A DNA stretch of 60,297 nt, the filler included, from a candidate division TA06 bacterium SM23_40 (GTDB lineage: Bacteria; LJUI01; SM1-40), in NCBI GenBank assembly GCA_001303705.1. It is 7 parts of 7 records of this genome, joined end to end, with 100 filler letters (N's around TTAATTAATTAA, not from the genome) between each part and the next. Parts side by side here need not be neighbours in the genome. Positions count along the whole stretch, not along the records: positions 47,991 to 54,096 come from LJUI01000149.1; positions 54,197 to 60,297 come from LJUI01000150.1; 5 more parts are not named here. One strand, given 5' to 3'. Positions 47,992 through 57,592 of this stretch are shown in pieces. Positions within the stretch are counted from its first letter, which is position 1. Every line of letters starts with the position of its first letter. The translations under genes were made by a program, and so were the position numbers. The notes under the pieces were generated by a model. That model ran no database searches. It was not told where the DNA came from and saw nothing but the letters and a program-made list of their open reading frames with translations.

Positions 47992-48687
47992 GCTCTGGTG
48001 CTTGGTGGTTGTGCCAGGCCCCGGATATCGGGAAGGGTTATCGATAACTTCGGCAGTCCGGTTGATGGGGTGACGGTTTTGATCGCCGATGAGCGACATA
48101 CGGCAACGACGGATGCTGACGGGCGATATTCGATCCGGTTCAAGCCGGGGCGCCTGACCCTTCGGGCGATGAAGGCGGGATACATGGCGGACAGCTTGAT
48201 CGTGACTCTGGACGAGCGGCGTCCGTTCGAGGCGCGTACGCTCGAGCTATTCCGGATACCGCAGAGCAAAGGTGTCTTCGCGATCGGCCCGGATGACTAT
48301 GTGCCGCTGGCCCGTGGGTCCATCGGCGATCAGAGCTGGGAACGAGATGAGGGGTGGAGGGCTGACCATGTCTATCAGGCCGAGGGCGATCTCACCGTAC
48401 TCGGCAAGGGACGACTTCAGTTCTTCGACAATTCAGGCTTACCGAAGATCGTGCTCGTGAAGAGTGATGCAGACGGGCGCATCGGGGAGATGGCCACAGG
48501 TTTCATGGGAGCAGTGGAGTCGAGCGATTTCGATATCATCGAGGACGACCAGATCTACCTCGATCCGATGACGATCCTCCGAGAAGTGGATCTGGAGCCC
48601 GGATATTATGTGTTCGTAGAGTGGCAGGATATACTTTTCGCTCCTGCGCGTCCGGGATCGGTCTGCTATCGGTTCAAGGTAGAGTGA
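47992..48687 (+). CDS. Lipoprotein with carboxypeptidase-regulatory-like (Cna-B-type) domain; 5'-truncated
   Basis: LGGC lipobox; ISGRVID..G.PV.GVTV...TTDADGRYSI...KAGY. Confidence 0.75.
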   Translation, partial: ALVLGGCARPRISGRVIDNFGSPVDGVTVLIADERHTATTDADGRYSIRFKPGRLTLRAMKAGYMADSLIVTLDERRPFEARTLELFRIPQSKGVFAIGPDDYVPLARGSIGDQSWERDEGWRADHVYQAEGDLTVLGKGRLQFFDNSGLPKIVLVKSDADGRIGEMATGFMGAVESSDFDIIEDDQIYLDPMTILREVDLEPGYYVFVEWQDILFAPARPGSVCYRFKVE

Positions 48688-48715
48688 ATGGACTTCCTGC
48701 AAGCTGGGGAGGGAC

Positions 48716-48791
48716 TTGACATCACCTAAATAGGTGCTAGATTGTTAGTGTACCGGCCGGCATTGATGCCCTACGGGTTGGCAATGCCGGC
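48716..48791 (+). promoter_or_regulatory. Putative sigma70 promoter with palindromic operator and leader hairpin
   Basis: TTGACA-16-TAGATT with extended TG; CACCTA-aa-TAGGTG in the spacer; GCCGGCATTG...CAATGCCGGC stem capped by a cUACGg loop. Confidence 0.5.
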
Positions 48792-48881
48792 ATGTGCCAC
48801 ACGGCGAGGCGCGATCCGCATCGTCTCCCAAACGGTTGGGCATACATGTCTTTGAGTACCGCCCCGGGCCGGGGAGGAACG

Positions 48882-50948
48882 ATGGTCATACTTAGAACAG
48901 ACACAGGAAGAGGGGTCGCGCTTCTCTCCCCCTGGGCAGCCTGCCTCGCACTCGCTCTTCTGCTCACCTCAGCCGGGTGCTTCAAAGAACCCGCTGCGCC
49001 ATCCTGGGACGTTCGAGTCGCCATCCCTCTCATAAACCAGACCCAGACGGTGCTGGACATCATCGCCGAAGAGGAGTACCTCACCTGGGATAGTCTCAGC
49101 CTCGATAGTCTGGTCTACTTCGCGATCAGCGACTCGATCGGTTTCGGCATCGGGGACGAGATCCGCACACAGCCGGTCTCCCAGTCGCTCGTGCTCGAGG
49201 TCGGGGAGTTCGAACTCGGTCCCTTCGGCCCGGAGAGCTTGAGCGTGGGGCTGGTGACGCTCTGTCCCGAATGCGAGCCGCTCCTCGGCACAACATCGCC
49301 AGTCCCGCCGTTCGCGTTCAGCATTAACCCCGTCCCTCTCCCCACCCTGGAGGATTTCGACTCGCTCCTCGTGGCGAGTTGCCTCATCATCATCGAGATG
49401 CAGAACAATCTGCCGATTCCGCTCGACGCTGTATCGTTCACGATCATGAGCGGAGGGACGGATATCGCCGGACCGAGCCCGGGGCTGTCATTCGCTCCGG
49501 GTGAGACGCAGGTCGAGACGCTTCAGGTGGCGCCGGGATCGATGGTGCGGAATCCGCTCGCTGTCATCGTCGCAGGACAATCGCCTGGTTCGGGTGGAGG
49601 TGCGGTCTACATTCCGGAAGATGCCGGTCTCGAGTTGCCCGTCTCGATATTCGACCTTGTTCTCATCGAGGCCTGGGCTCAGTTCGACGGATTGAGCGTG
49701 CCTATCGCCGATACGATCGGTGTGCAGGGGGTCGGCCAGCTCGATTCAGCCCGGATCTATCAGGGGACGCTGAGTGGATGGGTGGCGAGTTATCTCACAG
49801 TCAACTGTCGCGTCGATGTCTCGTTGCCCGAGATACGGGGGCCATCAGGGCAATCCCTGTTCATAGGGATACAACTCCCCTCTGGCGAGATGAGAACGTA
49901 CAGCCGGGTCCTCGACGGCTACACGGTCCGGGACCAGGGCGGATCGCCGTCCGATATCACGCTTTCTGTCGAGGGTGAGTTGGTGCTCAATTCCGGCGGT
50001 CAGACGGTGCACATATCGCAGGATGACTACGTGGAGCTGCATATCGACATGGGAGAGACCGTGCTCGATGCGGCGTGGGGCATTCTCACTCCACATACGA
50101 TTCACATGTCTCCTCGATCCCAGCAGGTAGACCTTCCCGACGGACTGGATGCAATCGAGTGGCTTGCCGATCCCAGAGTGCTGTTCGAGATATGCAGGAA
50201 TATCGACTTCCCGGTCTCGCTCGATTCGGCTCGTGTGACAGGAGAGAGCGAGGGGGGAGACCTCGTCTCTCTCTCCGTCGATTCACTCCGGCTGCCGCCC
50301 AACCCGCTGCCGGTCGTCGCCTGCACCACCTTCGTCTTCGATAACTCGAACAGCAATATCCGCGATTTCCTGCTGAATCTCCCCGAGTTGGTCGAGGCGT
50401 CGGGGACAGCGATGGTGGGCGATGGACTATACAGCGGGTCGATCGAGAGGGACGATTCTCTTCACGGCAGGATCACCTGTACATTTCCGCTCATTCTCAG
50501 CCTCAGGGCCGATACGGTGCGGTCGGAGCCGCAGGCTGTCGAGCTGAGTGAGGACGTGCGGGAATTGATACGGGACCATCTTACCAGGGGCGAAGTGATC
50601 ATCATCATTACCAATCATCTTCCCTTCGGCGCGGGGGGCACGCTCTATGTGGGGGCGGACTCGGCGACCGTTTTCGACGATCCGCTGTTAGTGGTGCCCG
50701 AATCCGGCGCCACGGTTGTCTCTGCCGCGCCGGTGGGTCAAGATAGCTTGGTGAGCAGCGCTGTAGCCGATACTATTGTGCTGGGGCTCGACGAATCCGA
50801 CGTGCGTGCATTCGATAATGACGAACTCTATACCGGCGTCGAGGTCGTGTTCGAGGGTACTGGTGGGCAGGTGGTGAAGGTGCAGGTGAGCGATTATATC
50901 CGGTTCACCGGCGTGCTCCGAATCGTTGCCCGCGTCAAAGGCGACTGA
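48882..50948 (+). CDS. Large acidic beta-rich lipoprotein of unknown function
   Basis: GGAGG RBS; LLLTSAGC lipobox; PSWDVRVAIPL start; repeated NNLPI/NIDFP/NHLPF motifs typical of partners of DUF5723 barrels. Confidence 0.75.
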   Translation: MVILRTDTGRGVALLSPWAACLALALLLTSAGCFKEPAAPSWDVRVAIPLINQTQTVLDIIAEEEYLTWDSLSLDSLVYFAISDSIGFGIGDEIRTQPVSQSLVLEVGEFELGPFGPESLSVGLVTLCPECEPLLGTTSPVPPFAFSINPVPLPTLEDFDSLLVASCLIIIEMQNNLPIPLDAVSFTIMSGGTDIAGPSPGLSFAPGETQVETLQVAPGSMVRNPLAVIVAGQSPGSGGGAVYIPEDAGLELPVSIFDLVLIEAWAQFDGLSVPIADTIGVQGVGQLDSARIYQGTLSGWVASYLTVNCRVDVSLPEIRGPSGQSLFIGIQLPSGEMRTYSRVLDGYTVRDQGGSPSDITLSVEGELVLNSGGQTVHISQDDYVELHIDMGETVLDAAWGILTPHTIHMSPRSQQVDLPDGLDAIEWLADPRVLFEICRNIDFPVSLDSARVTGESEGGDLVSLSVDSLRLPPNPLPVVACTTFVFDNSNSNIRDFLLNLPELVEASGTAMVGDGLYSGSIERDDSLHGRITCTFPLILSLRADTVRSEPQAVELSEDVRELIRDHLTRGEVIIIITNHLPFGAGGTLYVGADSATVFDDPLLVVPESGATVVSAAPVGQDSLVSSAVADTIVLGLDESDVRAFDNDELYTGVEVVFEGTGGQVVKVQVSDYIRFTGVLRIVARVKGD

Positions 50949-50964
50949 GTTCGAGGATCATACG

Positions 50965-52305
50965 ATGGCATTGTCTTATTCGCGACCGCGTGTAGGAGGC
51001 TCTGTCGTGCATCGGCGGGATGTCCGGTCGTCCCCGCTGTCCGGGCGGAGCCCGGGCCTGCTCGCTGCGGCATCTCTGGCCGCCATGCTCGTTGCTGCCC
51101 GTCCTCTCTCCGCGTTCGAGGACTCGAATCCCCGCAGTGCAGCGATGGCGGAGGCGTATACGGCGATGGCGAGGGGAACGGACGCCCTCTTCTGGAATCC
51201 GGCGAACCTCGCGCTCTGGGGGAATCCTACGCTCTCGGTCAATGTCGTCACAGCATCTGTAGATGTCTCCAATAACTCGGTCGACCGGGGAGACTACAAT
51301 CGCTTCACCGGTGCCTTTCTCGGCGAGTCCGAGAAGCAGGAGCTGCTGGGGAGCGTGCCGGAAGACGGGCTGCGGTTTACAGGCGTCGGACATGCCTCGG
51401 TGCTCGATGTCTCGTATCGGAACTTCGCTCTGAGCGTTGCCAGAGGGGTCGGGTGTGCGACCACGATCCTTCCCCGTGATGTCCTCGATCTTGCTCTGAA
51501 CGGGAACGAGCTGGGGGAGCGGTACGATTTCGGGGAAGCTGACGGCGAGGGCTGGTTCGTTCAGACCGTCAGCCTGGCCGGTGCCGCAACGCTGCCGGTC
51601 GAGTGGGCAGAGACAGTGGCGGTGGGGGCGACGGTCAAGTATCTGCGCGGGTTTGGGTATGCCCGGGTGATAGAGAGCGGCGGGTCGCTGGTGACAAACT
51701 ATGATGGGCTCTCGGGTGACGGGCGACTGGTCGTGCGCACCGCGTCCCGGGGAGAGGGCCTCGCCGTCGATCTCGGAGTGGCTGCTGTCCTCGATTCTCG
51801 CTGGACGGTGGGGCTGAAGCTCGGAAATCTGCTGGGAAGAATCTGGTGGTACTCGGACACGGAGGAGCACCGGAATAGCTTCCTCATCGACTTGATCACG
51901 GTGAAATCGGTATCGGAGGGAGACTCGATCATCACCATTGGAGAGAGCCGAGCGATCGAATCGTTCACGTCCGACTACCCGGCTTTCGCCAGGGTTGGAG
52001 CCGCCTATCGTTGGACTCCCACCTGTGTCCAGAGTTTCGACTATGAGCAGGGGTTTCGAAATGCTCCCGGGCTCTCGACGTCGCCGCGGCTGGCGACCGG
52101 CCTGGAATATACGAGACTCTGGTGGATGCCCCTCCGCGCCGGCATCTCGGTCGGAGGCCGTGAAGGCGTGACGACCGCATTCGGATTGGCGGTTTCGACG
52201 GGAGCGTTAGACTTCGACGTCGCCATGGCCAACAAACATCACCTCCTTCCCGTGAGCGGCAAGGGGCTGCGGGCCGCGGTCGGCTGTCGGGTCAACTTCT
52301 ACTGA
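50965..52305 (+). CDS. Outer-membrane beta-barrel (DUF5723/FadL-like)
   Basis: AMAEAYTAMARGTDALFWNPANLA N-terminal motif, VGATVKYLRG, GLAVDLG, PLRAG, aromatic C-terminus (VNFY). Confidence 0.75.
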   Translation: MALSYSRPRVGGSVVHRRDVRSSPLSGRSPGLLAAASLAAMLVAARPLSAFEDSNPRSAAMAEAYTAMARGTDALFWNPANLALWGNPTLSVNVVTASVDVSNNSVDRGDYNRFTGAFLGESEKQELLGSVPEDGLRFTGVGHASVLDVSYRNFALSVARGVGCATTILPRDVLDLALNGNELGERYDFGEADGEGWFVQTVSLAGAATLPVEWAETVAVGATVKYLRGFGYARVIESGGSLVTNYDGLSGDGRLVVRTASRGEGLAVDLGVAAVLDSRWTVGLKLGNLLGRIWWYSDTEEHRNSFLIDLITVKSVSEGDSIITIGESRAIESFTSDYPAFARVGAAYRWTPTCVQSFDYEQGFRNAPGLSTSPRLATGLEYTRLWWMPLRAGISVGGREGVTTAFGLAVSTGALDFDVAMANKHHLLPVSGKGLRAAVGCRVNFY

Positions 52306-52475
52306 GGACGGGCAGCAGAGCGGCCGGGGATGCGGGAACTGTGCGGGCCATCCGGTTGTTAGTGAGGAAGGCAGGCGTTCGGAGGAGGCTCTGCGGGCGG
52401 CCGGCCAGATAGCATAGAGGAAGCTGGTGACGTATGCGCGCGGAGCGCATCCGCGAATAGAAGAGGAGAGAGACG

Positions 52476-52718
52476 ATGAGAGAGAAGGTTCAGCAGGTCA
52501 TAGATGAGATCCGCCCCTCACTTCAGGCCGACGGTGGAGACGTAGAATTGGTGGACATAGAGGGCGGGGTGGTAAAGGTGCGCCTCACCGGGGCGTGTGC
52601 TGGGTGTCCGATGTCACAGATGACGCTCCAGATGGGCATCGAGCGGCTGCTCAAGCAGCGTCTGCCGGAAGTGGAGCGGGTTGAGAACGTTCAGGACGTT
52701 CCGGGATCCACGTCGTAG
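52476..52718 (+). CDS. NifU C-terminal (Nfu-type) Fe-S carrier
   Basis: IRPSLQADGGDVELV...GACAGCPMSQMTL; AGGAG RBS. Confidence 0.93.
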   Translation: MREKVQQVIDEIRPSLQADGGDVELVDIEGGVVKVRLTGACAGCPMSQMTLQMGIERLLKQRLPEVERVENVQDVPGSTS

Positions 52719-52784
52719 TCCCGGCAGCTGCGGGCGGTCAGTTCCGGCAGGCATTGGATCTGACCCGACGGACCGGTTGACCAC

Positions 52785-52871
52785 TTGACAAATCCGACCC
52801 GGAACCACATAATCGATGTGCCTGAGGAGGCGCTTTTTTTCCGACTAAACCAGACAGAAAAGGTCGGTCTT
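52785..52871 (+). promoter_or_regulatory. Sigma70 promoter and candidate IscR-type-1-like operator of the Rrf2 gene
   Basis: TTGACA-17-CATAAT (52785-52813); AAACCAGAC-N7-GTCGGTCTT (52847-52871) keeps the GAC-N7-GTC core. Confidence 0.55.
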
Positions 52872-52890
52872 TCGTAAGGTGGAAGTCGCT

Positions 52891-53343
52891 ATGAGGTTAT
52901 CTTCACGCGGTCGTTATGGATTACAGGCCGCCTGCGAGCTTGCTCTGCAGCACGGCATGGGGCCGGTCTCGGCCCGCGTCATTTCAGAACGGAGGAATGT
53001 TCCTCCCGCTTATCTTGAGCAGCTTCTCCGCAAGATGCGCTTGGCCGGAGTTGTGGTGAGTGTCCGGGGTCCAGGGGGTGGGTACCTCCTTGCCCGGCAG
53101 CCGGAACAGATCAGCCTGGGAGATATAGTCCGCGCAGTCGAGGGTCCGATCGCTCTCCTCGAGTGTCTCGAGCCGTCCTTCGCCCCGGATGAGTGTGACA
53201 ATATGTTCGACTGCGTCGCCCGTGCTGTCTGGAAACGGCTGGGCAAGGAACTCGAGGGGATGCTGGATGAGATAACGCTCAAGGAATTGTCCGAGGATCG
53301 CCTGGATATCTGCCTGTGCAGGCCTACGCGGGGCAGGGGATAA
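52891..53343 (+). CDS. Rrf2-family transcriptional regulator (IscR/CymR-like, three Cys)
   Basis: SSRGRYGL, YLEQL, SVRGPGGGYLLAR, C-x9-C-x5-C. Confidence 0.92.
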   Translation: MRLSSRGRYGLQAACELALQHGMGPVSARVISERRNVPPAYLEQLLRKMRLAGVVVSVRGPGGGYLLARQPEQISLGDIVRAVEGPIALLECLEPSFAPDECDNMFDCVARAVWKRLGKELEGMLDEITLKELSEDRLDICLCRPTRGRG

Positions 53344-53398
53344 GAGAGGATAGGGAATCCGGCAGATCTGAGGATACGTCTGAGCGGAGGGTGGGTTC

Positions 53399-53914
53399 AT
53401 GAAGCAGGCGTTGCTCGTCATCGATATGCTTAACGATTTCGTGCTCCCCGGTGCACCCCTCGAGATCCCTGCGGCGCGAGAGATTCTTCCCCGGATCGAG
53501 GCGCTGATCGCGCAGGCCCGGGCAGAGGGGCGGCCCGTCATCTATATCTGTGATTCCCACGATCCCGACGATGAGGAGTTTGATCTCTATCCACCCCATG
53601 CGGTGGCGGGGACCGAGGGGGCAGGCGTTGTTGCCCAGATCGCCCCCCGGTCCGGAGACATGATAGTGGCGAAGAAGCGTTTCTCGGGGTTCTATGGAAC
53701 GAACCTCGGCGAGGCGTTGAAGGAGCGAGGCATCGACTCCCTCGAAGTGACAGGGGTCTGCACTGACATCTGCGTACAGTACACGGCAGCAGATGCCGTA
53801 ATGCGCGGGTTTAAGGTGACCATCCCCTCTGATTCCGTCGCTGCCCTGTCCGAGACTGCACACGATCAGGCACTCGACCATATGAGGCAGGTGCTTCATG
53901 TCGAGGTGATCTAG
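53399..53914 (+). CDS. pncA: Isochorismatase-family cysteine hydrolase, probable nicotinamidase
   Basis: LLVIDMLNDF, DSH, PPHA, KKRFSGF, GVCTDICV; adjacent to a nicotinate phosphoribosyltransferase. Confidence 0.8.
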   Translation: MKQALLVIDMLNDFVLPGAPLEIPAAREILPRIEALIAQARAEGRPVIYICDSHDPDDEEFDLYPPHAVAGTEGAGVVAQIAPRSGDMIVAKKRFSGFYGTNLGEALKERGIDSLEVTGVCTDICVQYTAADAVMRGFKVTIPSDSVAALSETAHDQALDHMRQVLHVEVI

Positions 53915-53964
53915 GTGTCGGTCTCTGAGGGGATCGCGGGAAAGGCGCGTGAGGAGGAGTCCAC

Positions 53965-54096
53965 ATGAGAGGATTCCATGTCGCCTCCGAGGATGAGATA
54001 CTCTCGGGCCTTACTACGGACATATATTTTCGGCGCACTCTCGAGGTGTTGGAGCGGGAGGGTAAGGATCCCGACGTAACGGCTGAGGTCCGGACC
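53965..54096 (+). CDS. pncB: Nicotinate phosphoribosyltransferase N-terminus; 3'-truncated
   Basis: Manual translation MRGFHVASEDEILSGLTTDIYFRRTLEVL...VTAEV (TDxYF motif of archaeal-type NAPRTases); GAGGAGG RBS. Confidence 0.75.
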
Positions 54097-54196
54097 NNNN
54101 NNNNNNNNNNNNNNNNNNNNNNNNNNNNNNNNNNNNNNNNTTAATTAATTAANNNNNNNNNNNNNNNNNNNNNNNNNNNNNNNNNNNNNNNNNNNN
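54097..54196. other. Artificial contig linker
   Basis: N44-TTAATTAATTAA-N44. Confidence 0.98.
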
Positions 54197-55012
54197 TCGG
54201 CGGGCGGCCGCATACGGGGGTCCCTGGAGAAAATCCCAGACCGCCATCATTTCATCGGCCGAGACGACGGCACAGTCGGCCACGCCCCCAGGCACGTAGT
54301 CGACATAGCATTCATTGCTCCAGGGGAGGAGGATGCTCTTTGCATACCAGTACAGAAAGGGGCCCACCTGCTTGGCTGCCCAGTATCCCGCCCGTACGAT
54401 GCTCATCCCCGAAATCATCTCATTGCGAGTCACCTCAGGGTGGCCGACCCTCTCGTATACTGCCTCAGCCGTACCGACCGGCACCCACCAGAGAAGATGC
54501 TCCCCGCCTTCGCCCTGCTCCCAATTGCAGAAGACATCGACCCCTGCCTCGATCAGCTCATGGCTCCTCCCATCCTCGGCCATGGCGGCCGCCAGAAAGC
54601 CCGGATGCCACGTATCATCCGACAGCCGGTGGGAGAGAACCCCCATGAGGAAGGTCACCTGGCGCCTCTCCGCCTCTGTGTAGGGCGGGGGAAACTCCTG
54701 CTTCACGTAGGCCGCGAAGGTGTCGGAGAACATCTCGCTGTGCGTGAGGTCAGCGATATTCTCCATGAGGAGACCATATCCCCAGTCGGGAAACATCGAT
54801 CCGGTATCCCTCTCCCCATCCAGCGACAGAAGCATCTCGACAAGTTCGCCATAGCTCAGAGAGTCAATGATGCCCGGGGTGCGCTCCGCGATCTCGCCAT
54901 GGGTCGTCATCCCACACGCATCGACCTCACACCTGAAGGGACCGACCCAGCAGGCGATGAGAACGGCCGAAAGGACACCGAAACGTATAGGCGTCCCATA
55001 CAGGCACTTCAT
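54197..55012 (-). CDS. Secreted Zn-dependent phospholipase C/GPI-PLD-like hydrolase; 3'-truncated
   Basis: Signal peptide then CGMTTHGEIA, GSMFPDWGY, LTH, FLMGVLSHRLSDDTWH, HELIE metal-ligand motifs. Confidence 0.75.
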
Positions 55013-55306
55013 GTGGCTTTCCTCCTTTATGAGTGGCCTCAACGGATCGCGACAACTACCAACATACCACAATCCGGCGATCTGATCAAGGGGCCATCTG
55101 AGAGGCTCGCACTACAAGAATGCGGGCGTGCTGTTCCGCGCCCGCACCATACCGGTCCCGTGCGGCCCGAGGCGACATCCCTGATACCGCCCGACCCGAC
55201 CCTGCCAAGTTATCGTGTTGCCAGGCTGTCTCTCTTCCCTGCATCTCGATGCATGCAGCCGCTCTGCGGCCGCGTCGGTGGCCCGTGCCCGCATGGGGCG
55301 ACAGAT

Positions 55307-56773
55307 CTACCGCACCAGAAGCATGCGCCTTGTCTCGTTGACCTCGCCCGCTTCCATACGGCAGAAGTAGATCCCGCTCCCCACCTTGTACCCCCGGTCG
55401 TCCCGCCCATCCCACTCCAGCTCATGCGGGCCCGCAGGGACAGAATTCGAGACCAACGAGCGGACACGTGCGCCCCGGATATCATACAGCACAACAGTCA
55501 CGTGCCCCGCCTCGGGAAGAGCATAGCGGATCGTGGTCTTCGCACGAAACGGGTTCGGATAGTTCTGGGCAAGATAAGACGAGCGCGGCCGGGGAGGCTC
55601 ATCCACCTCCCCACTCACCCCGACAAGGCCTTCGGCGTTTGTCTTGATGAGATAGACGTCCGAACCGCTAACACCGAACGATTCCGTGTATCCTGCGACG
55701 ATGTACCCCCCGTCGGCCGTCTGGGCGACGGCCTGGCCCTCGTCATACTCCAGCTCCCCATACGTGCGTGTCCAGAGCGTATCGCCACTGGCGTCTGTCT
55801 TGATCAAATACAGATCACCGATGCCGCTGGCGGACGGTTCCACGTATCCGGTGACGATGTATCCTCCATCGAACGTCTGGGCAACCGAAAACCCCTCATC
55901 ATAGTACTGGCCGCCGTACGTGCGTGTCCACAGTGTATCGCCATCCCCGTCTGTCCTCACAAGATAGAAATCCCATCCGCCTGCACCGAATGACTGAGTC
56001 TCTCCCCCGATGATGTAGCCACCATCGACCGTCTGCGCAACCGAATGGCCGAAATCCTGATCTGAACCGCCGTGGGCACGCGTCCACAGCGTATCCCCGC
56101 TCGCGTCTGTCTTGATCAGATAGACATCGGACTCGCCTGCCCCGAACGAGCGAGTATACCCGGCGATGATGTATCCCCCGTCCGCCGTCTGCGCGACTGA
56201 GCTGCCCCTGTCGGAACCCGAGCCCCCGTAGGTGCGGGTCCACAGCGTATCCCCATCGCCGTCGGTCTTCACGACGTAGACATCCGTTACTCCGGCACCA
56301 AATGAATAGGTGTAGCCTGCAACGATGTATCCCCCATCATCCGTCTGCGCCACCGAGCTACCTCCATCGTGGTCTGTGCCGCCGTACGTGCGTGTCCACA
56401 CCGTGTCGCCCGCCCCATCAGTCTTCACCAGATATATGTCATTGCCCCCATGGCCGAAGGAAGTAGTGCCTCCGACAACGACGAACCCTCCGTCGTCCGT
56501 CTGGTCCAGCGAATAGCACGACTCCGAGGCCGGCCCGCCGTACGCGTTCCACCACAGCGGGTCGCCCCATTCATCTGTTCTGATCAGATAGGCATCCTGT
56601 GAGCCCGCACCGAACGAGTAGGTCCATCCAGCGATGGCGTATCCACCGTCACTTGTCTGCCGGACTGAATACGCTCCATCCCAGTCGGCACCGCCGTAGG
56701 TGTACTCAAACATGATCTGGGCGCCAGCGGTCAGCGGCACCAGTAACGCCAGCACAAACATCAATGTTCTCAT
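55307..56773 (-). CDS. Secreted repeat (beta-propeller-like) protein with FlgD-Ig/T9SS-like C-terminal domain
   Basis: Seven ~50-aa repeats (QTxDGGYIxAGxTxSFG...YLIKTD..GDTLWTRTYGG); LAQNYPNPF...WDGRDD.G..VGSGIYF. Confidence 0.88.
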   Translation of the reverse strand: MRTLMFVLALLVPLTAGAQIMFEYTYGGADWDGAYSVRQTSDGGYAIAGWTYSFGAGSQDAYLIRTDEWGDPLWWNAYGGPASESCYSLDQTDDGGFVVVGGTTSFGHGGNDIYLVKTDGAGDTVWTRTYGGTDHDGGSSVAQTDDGGYIVAGYTYSFGAGVTDVYVVKTDGDGDTLWTRTYGGSGSDRGSSVAQTADGGYIIAGYTRSFGAGESDVYLIKTDASGDTLWTRAHGGSDQDFGHSVAQTVDGGYIIGGETQSFGAGGWDFYLVRTDGDGDTLWTRTYGGQYYDEGFSVAQTFDGGYIVTGYVEPSASGIGDLYLIKTDASGDTLWTRTYGELEYDEGQAVAQTADGGYIVAGYTESFGVSGSDVYLIKTNAEGLVGVSGEVDEPPRPRSSYLAQNYPNPFRAKTTIRYALPEAGHVTVVLYDIRGARVRSLVSNSVPAGPHELEWDGRDDRGYKVGSGIYFCRMEAGEVNETRRMLLVR

Positions 56774-56860
56774 GATGATCTCCTCTCTCAGTTGACGCTT
56801 CACGCGGGGTGAGTAACCTTCTGAACCTACCAACGTCCCCGAGGAGGGGTATCGGTTTCC

Positions 56861-57481
56861 CTAGCGGAGGTGGAGCCAGTCGTAGAACAGGAACTGGAAT
56901 CTTCCGATGAGGAGCGAGATACGGGCCATCACCGTGTACCCGAAGGAGGCGCCGAATGAGATCATCAGGAAGTAGATGCCCAGGCGTGCCACTCCACCGA
57001 GGGCACCCTTGTGTTCTCGGGAGAAGAAGAAGTAGACGAGCACAGAGAGGACGCCGACCACAACCAGGATGTTGACGATCGAGGCCCCGACGTTGCCGGT
57101 CCAGATGGGCACGAGCGTGGCCCTGAGCTGGGCAACGAGCATCGCCTGCACGGTGGCGGGGATGACGACGCCGACGCCCATGCCGATATAGAAGGCGAGC
57201 GCCCAGCGCGACAGCCAGACAACGCGCGGGATGAGGCGGGTGAAGATGAGCAGTCCGAGGATGCCCGGGATAATGTACAGCCAGCGGTGATCGCGCACCA
57301 GGCGATCGATGAGATTGGGGACGATCGCATTGTTATAGTAGTAGACCATCCAGTATGCGGCGGACACGCCCACATAGAGATGCTCAGCAAACTTGTACAC
57401 CGGATTGTCCTTGTACAGAAAGCTCAGGATGGCGAGCGTCAGAAAGGCGGCAATCCATGTGCTGAGGATGGTCAAATCCAT
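56861..57481 (-). CDS. Uncharacterised polytopic membrane protein (DUF6754-like cluster gene 4)
   Basis: ~6 TM; SFLYKDNPVYKFAEHLYVG, FGASFGYTVMARISLLIGR. Confidence 0.8.
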   Translation of the reverse strand: MDLTILSTWIAAFLTLAILSFLYKDNPVYKFAEHLYVGVSAAYWMVYYYNNAIVPNLIDRLVRDHRWLYIIPGILGLLIFTRLIPRVVWLSRWALAFYIGMGVGVVIPATVQAMLVAQLRATLVPIWTGNVGASIVNILVVVGVLSVLVYFFFSREHKGALGGVARLGIYFLMISFGASFGYTVMARISLLIGRFQFLFYDWLHLR

Positions 57482-57592
57482 TACCGTCTTACTCCCTGTC
57501 GATTCACGGGTGCCCTGTGCCTCATCTGATCATTCTCCGTTCCATCCGCAGGCCTCCCGGAGAGGCCTGAACCTGCTCATGCTGACTCAGCA

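Noticed and set aside
6218-54196. TTAATTAATTAA repeats within N-runs, and ORFs or gene context spanning them
   Set aside because: Identical artificial linkers; adjacency across them (e.g. the 27093 repeat next to the recombinase) has no biological meaning.
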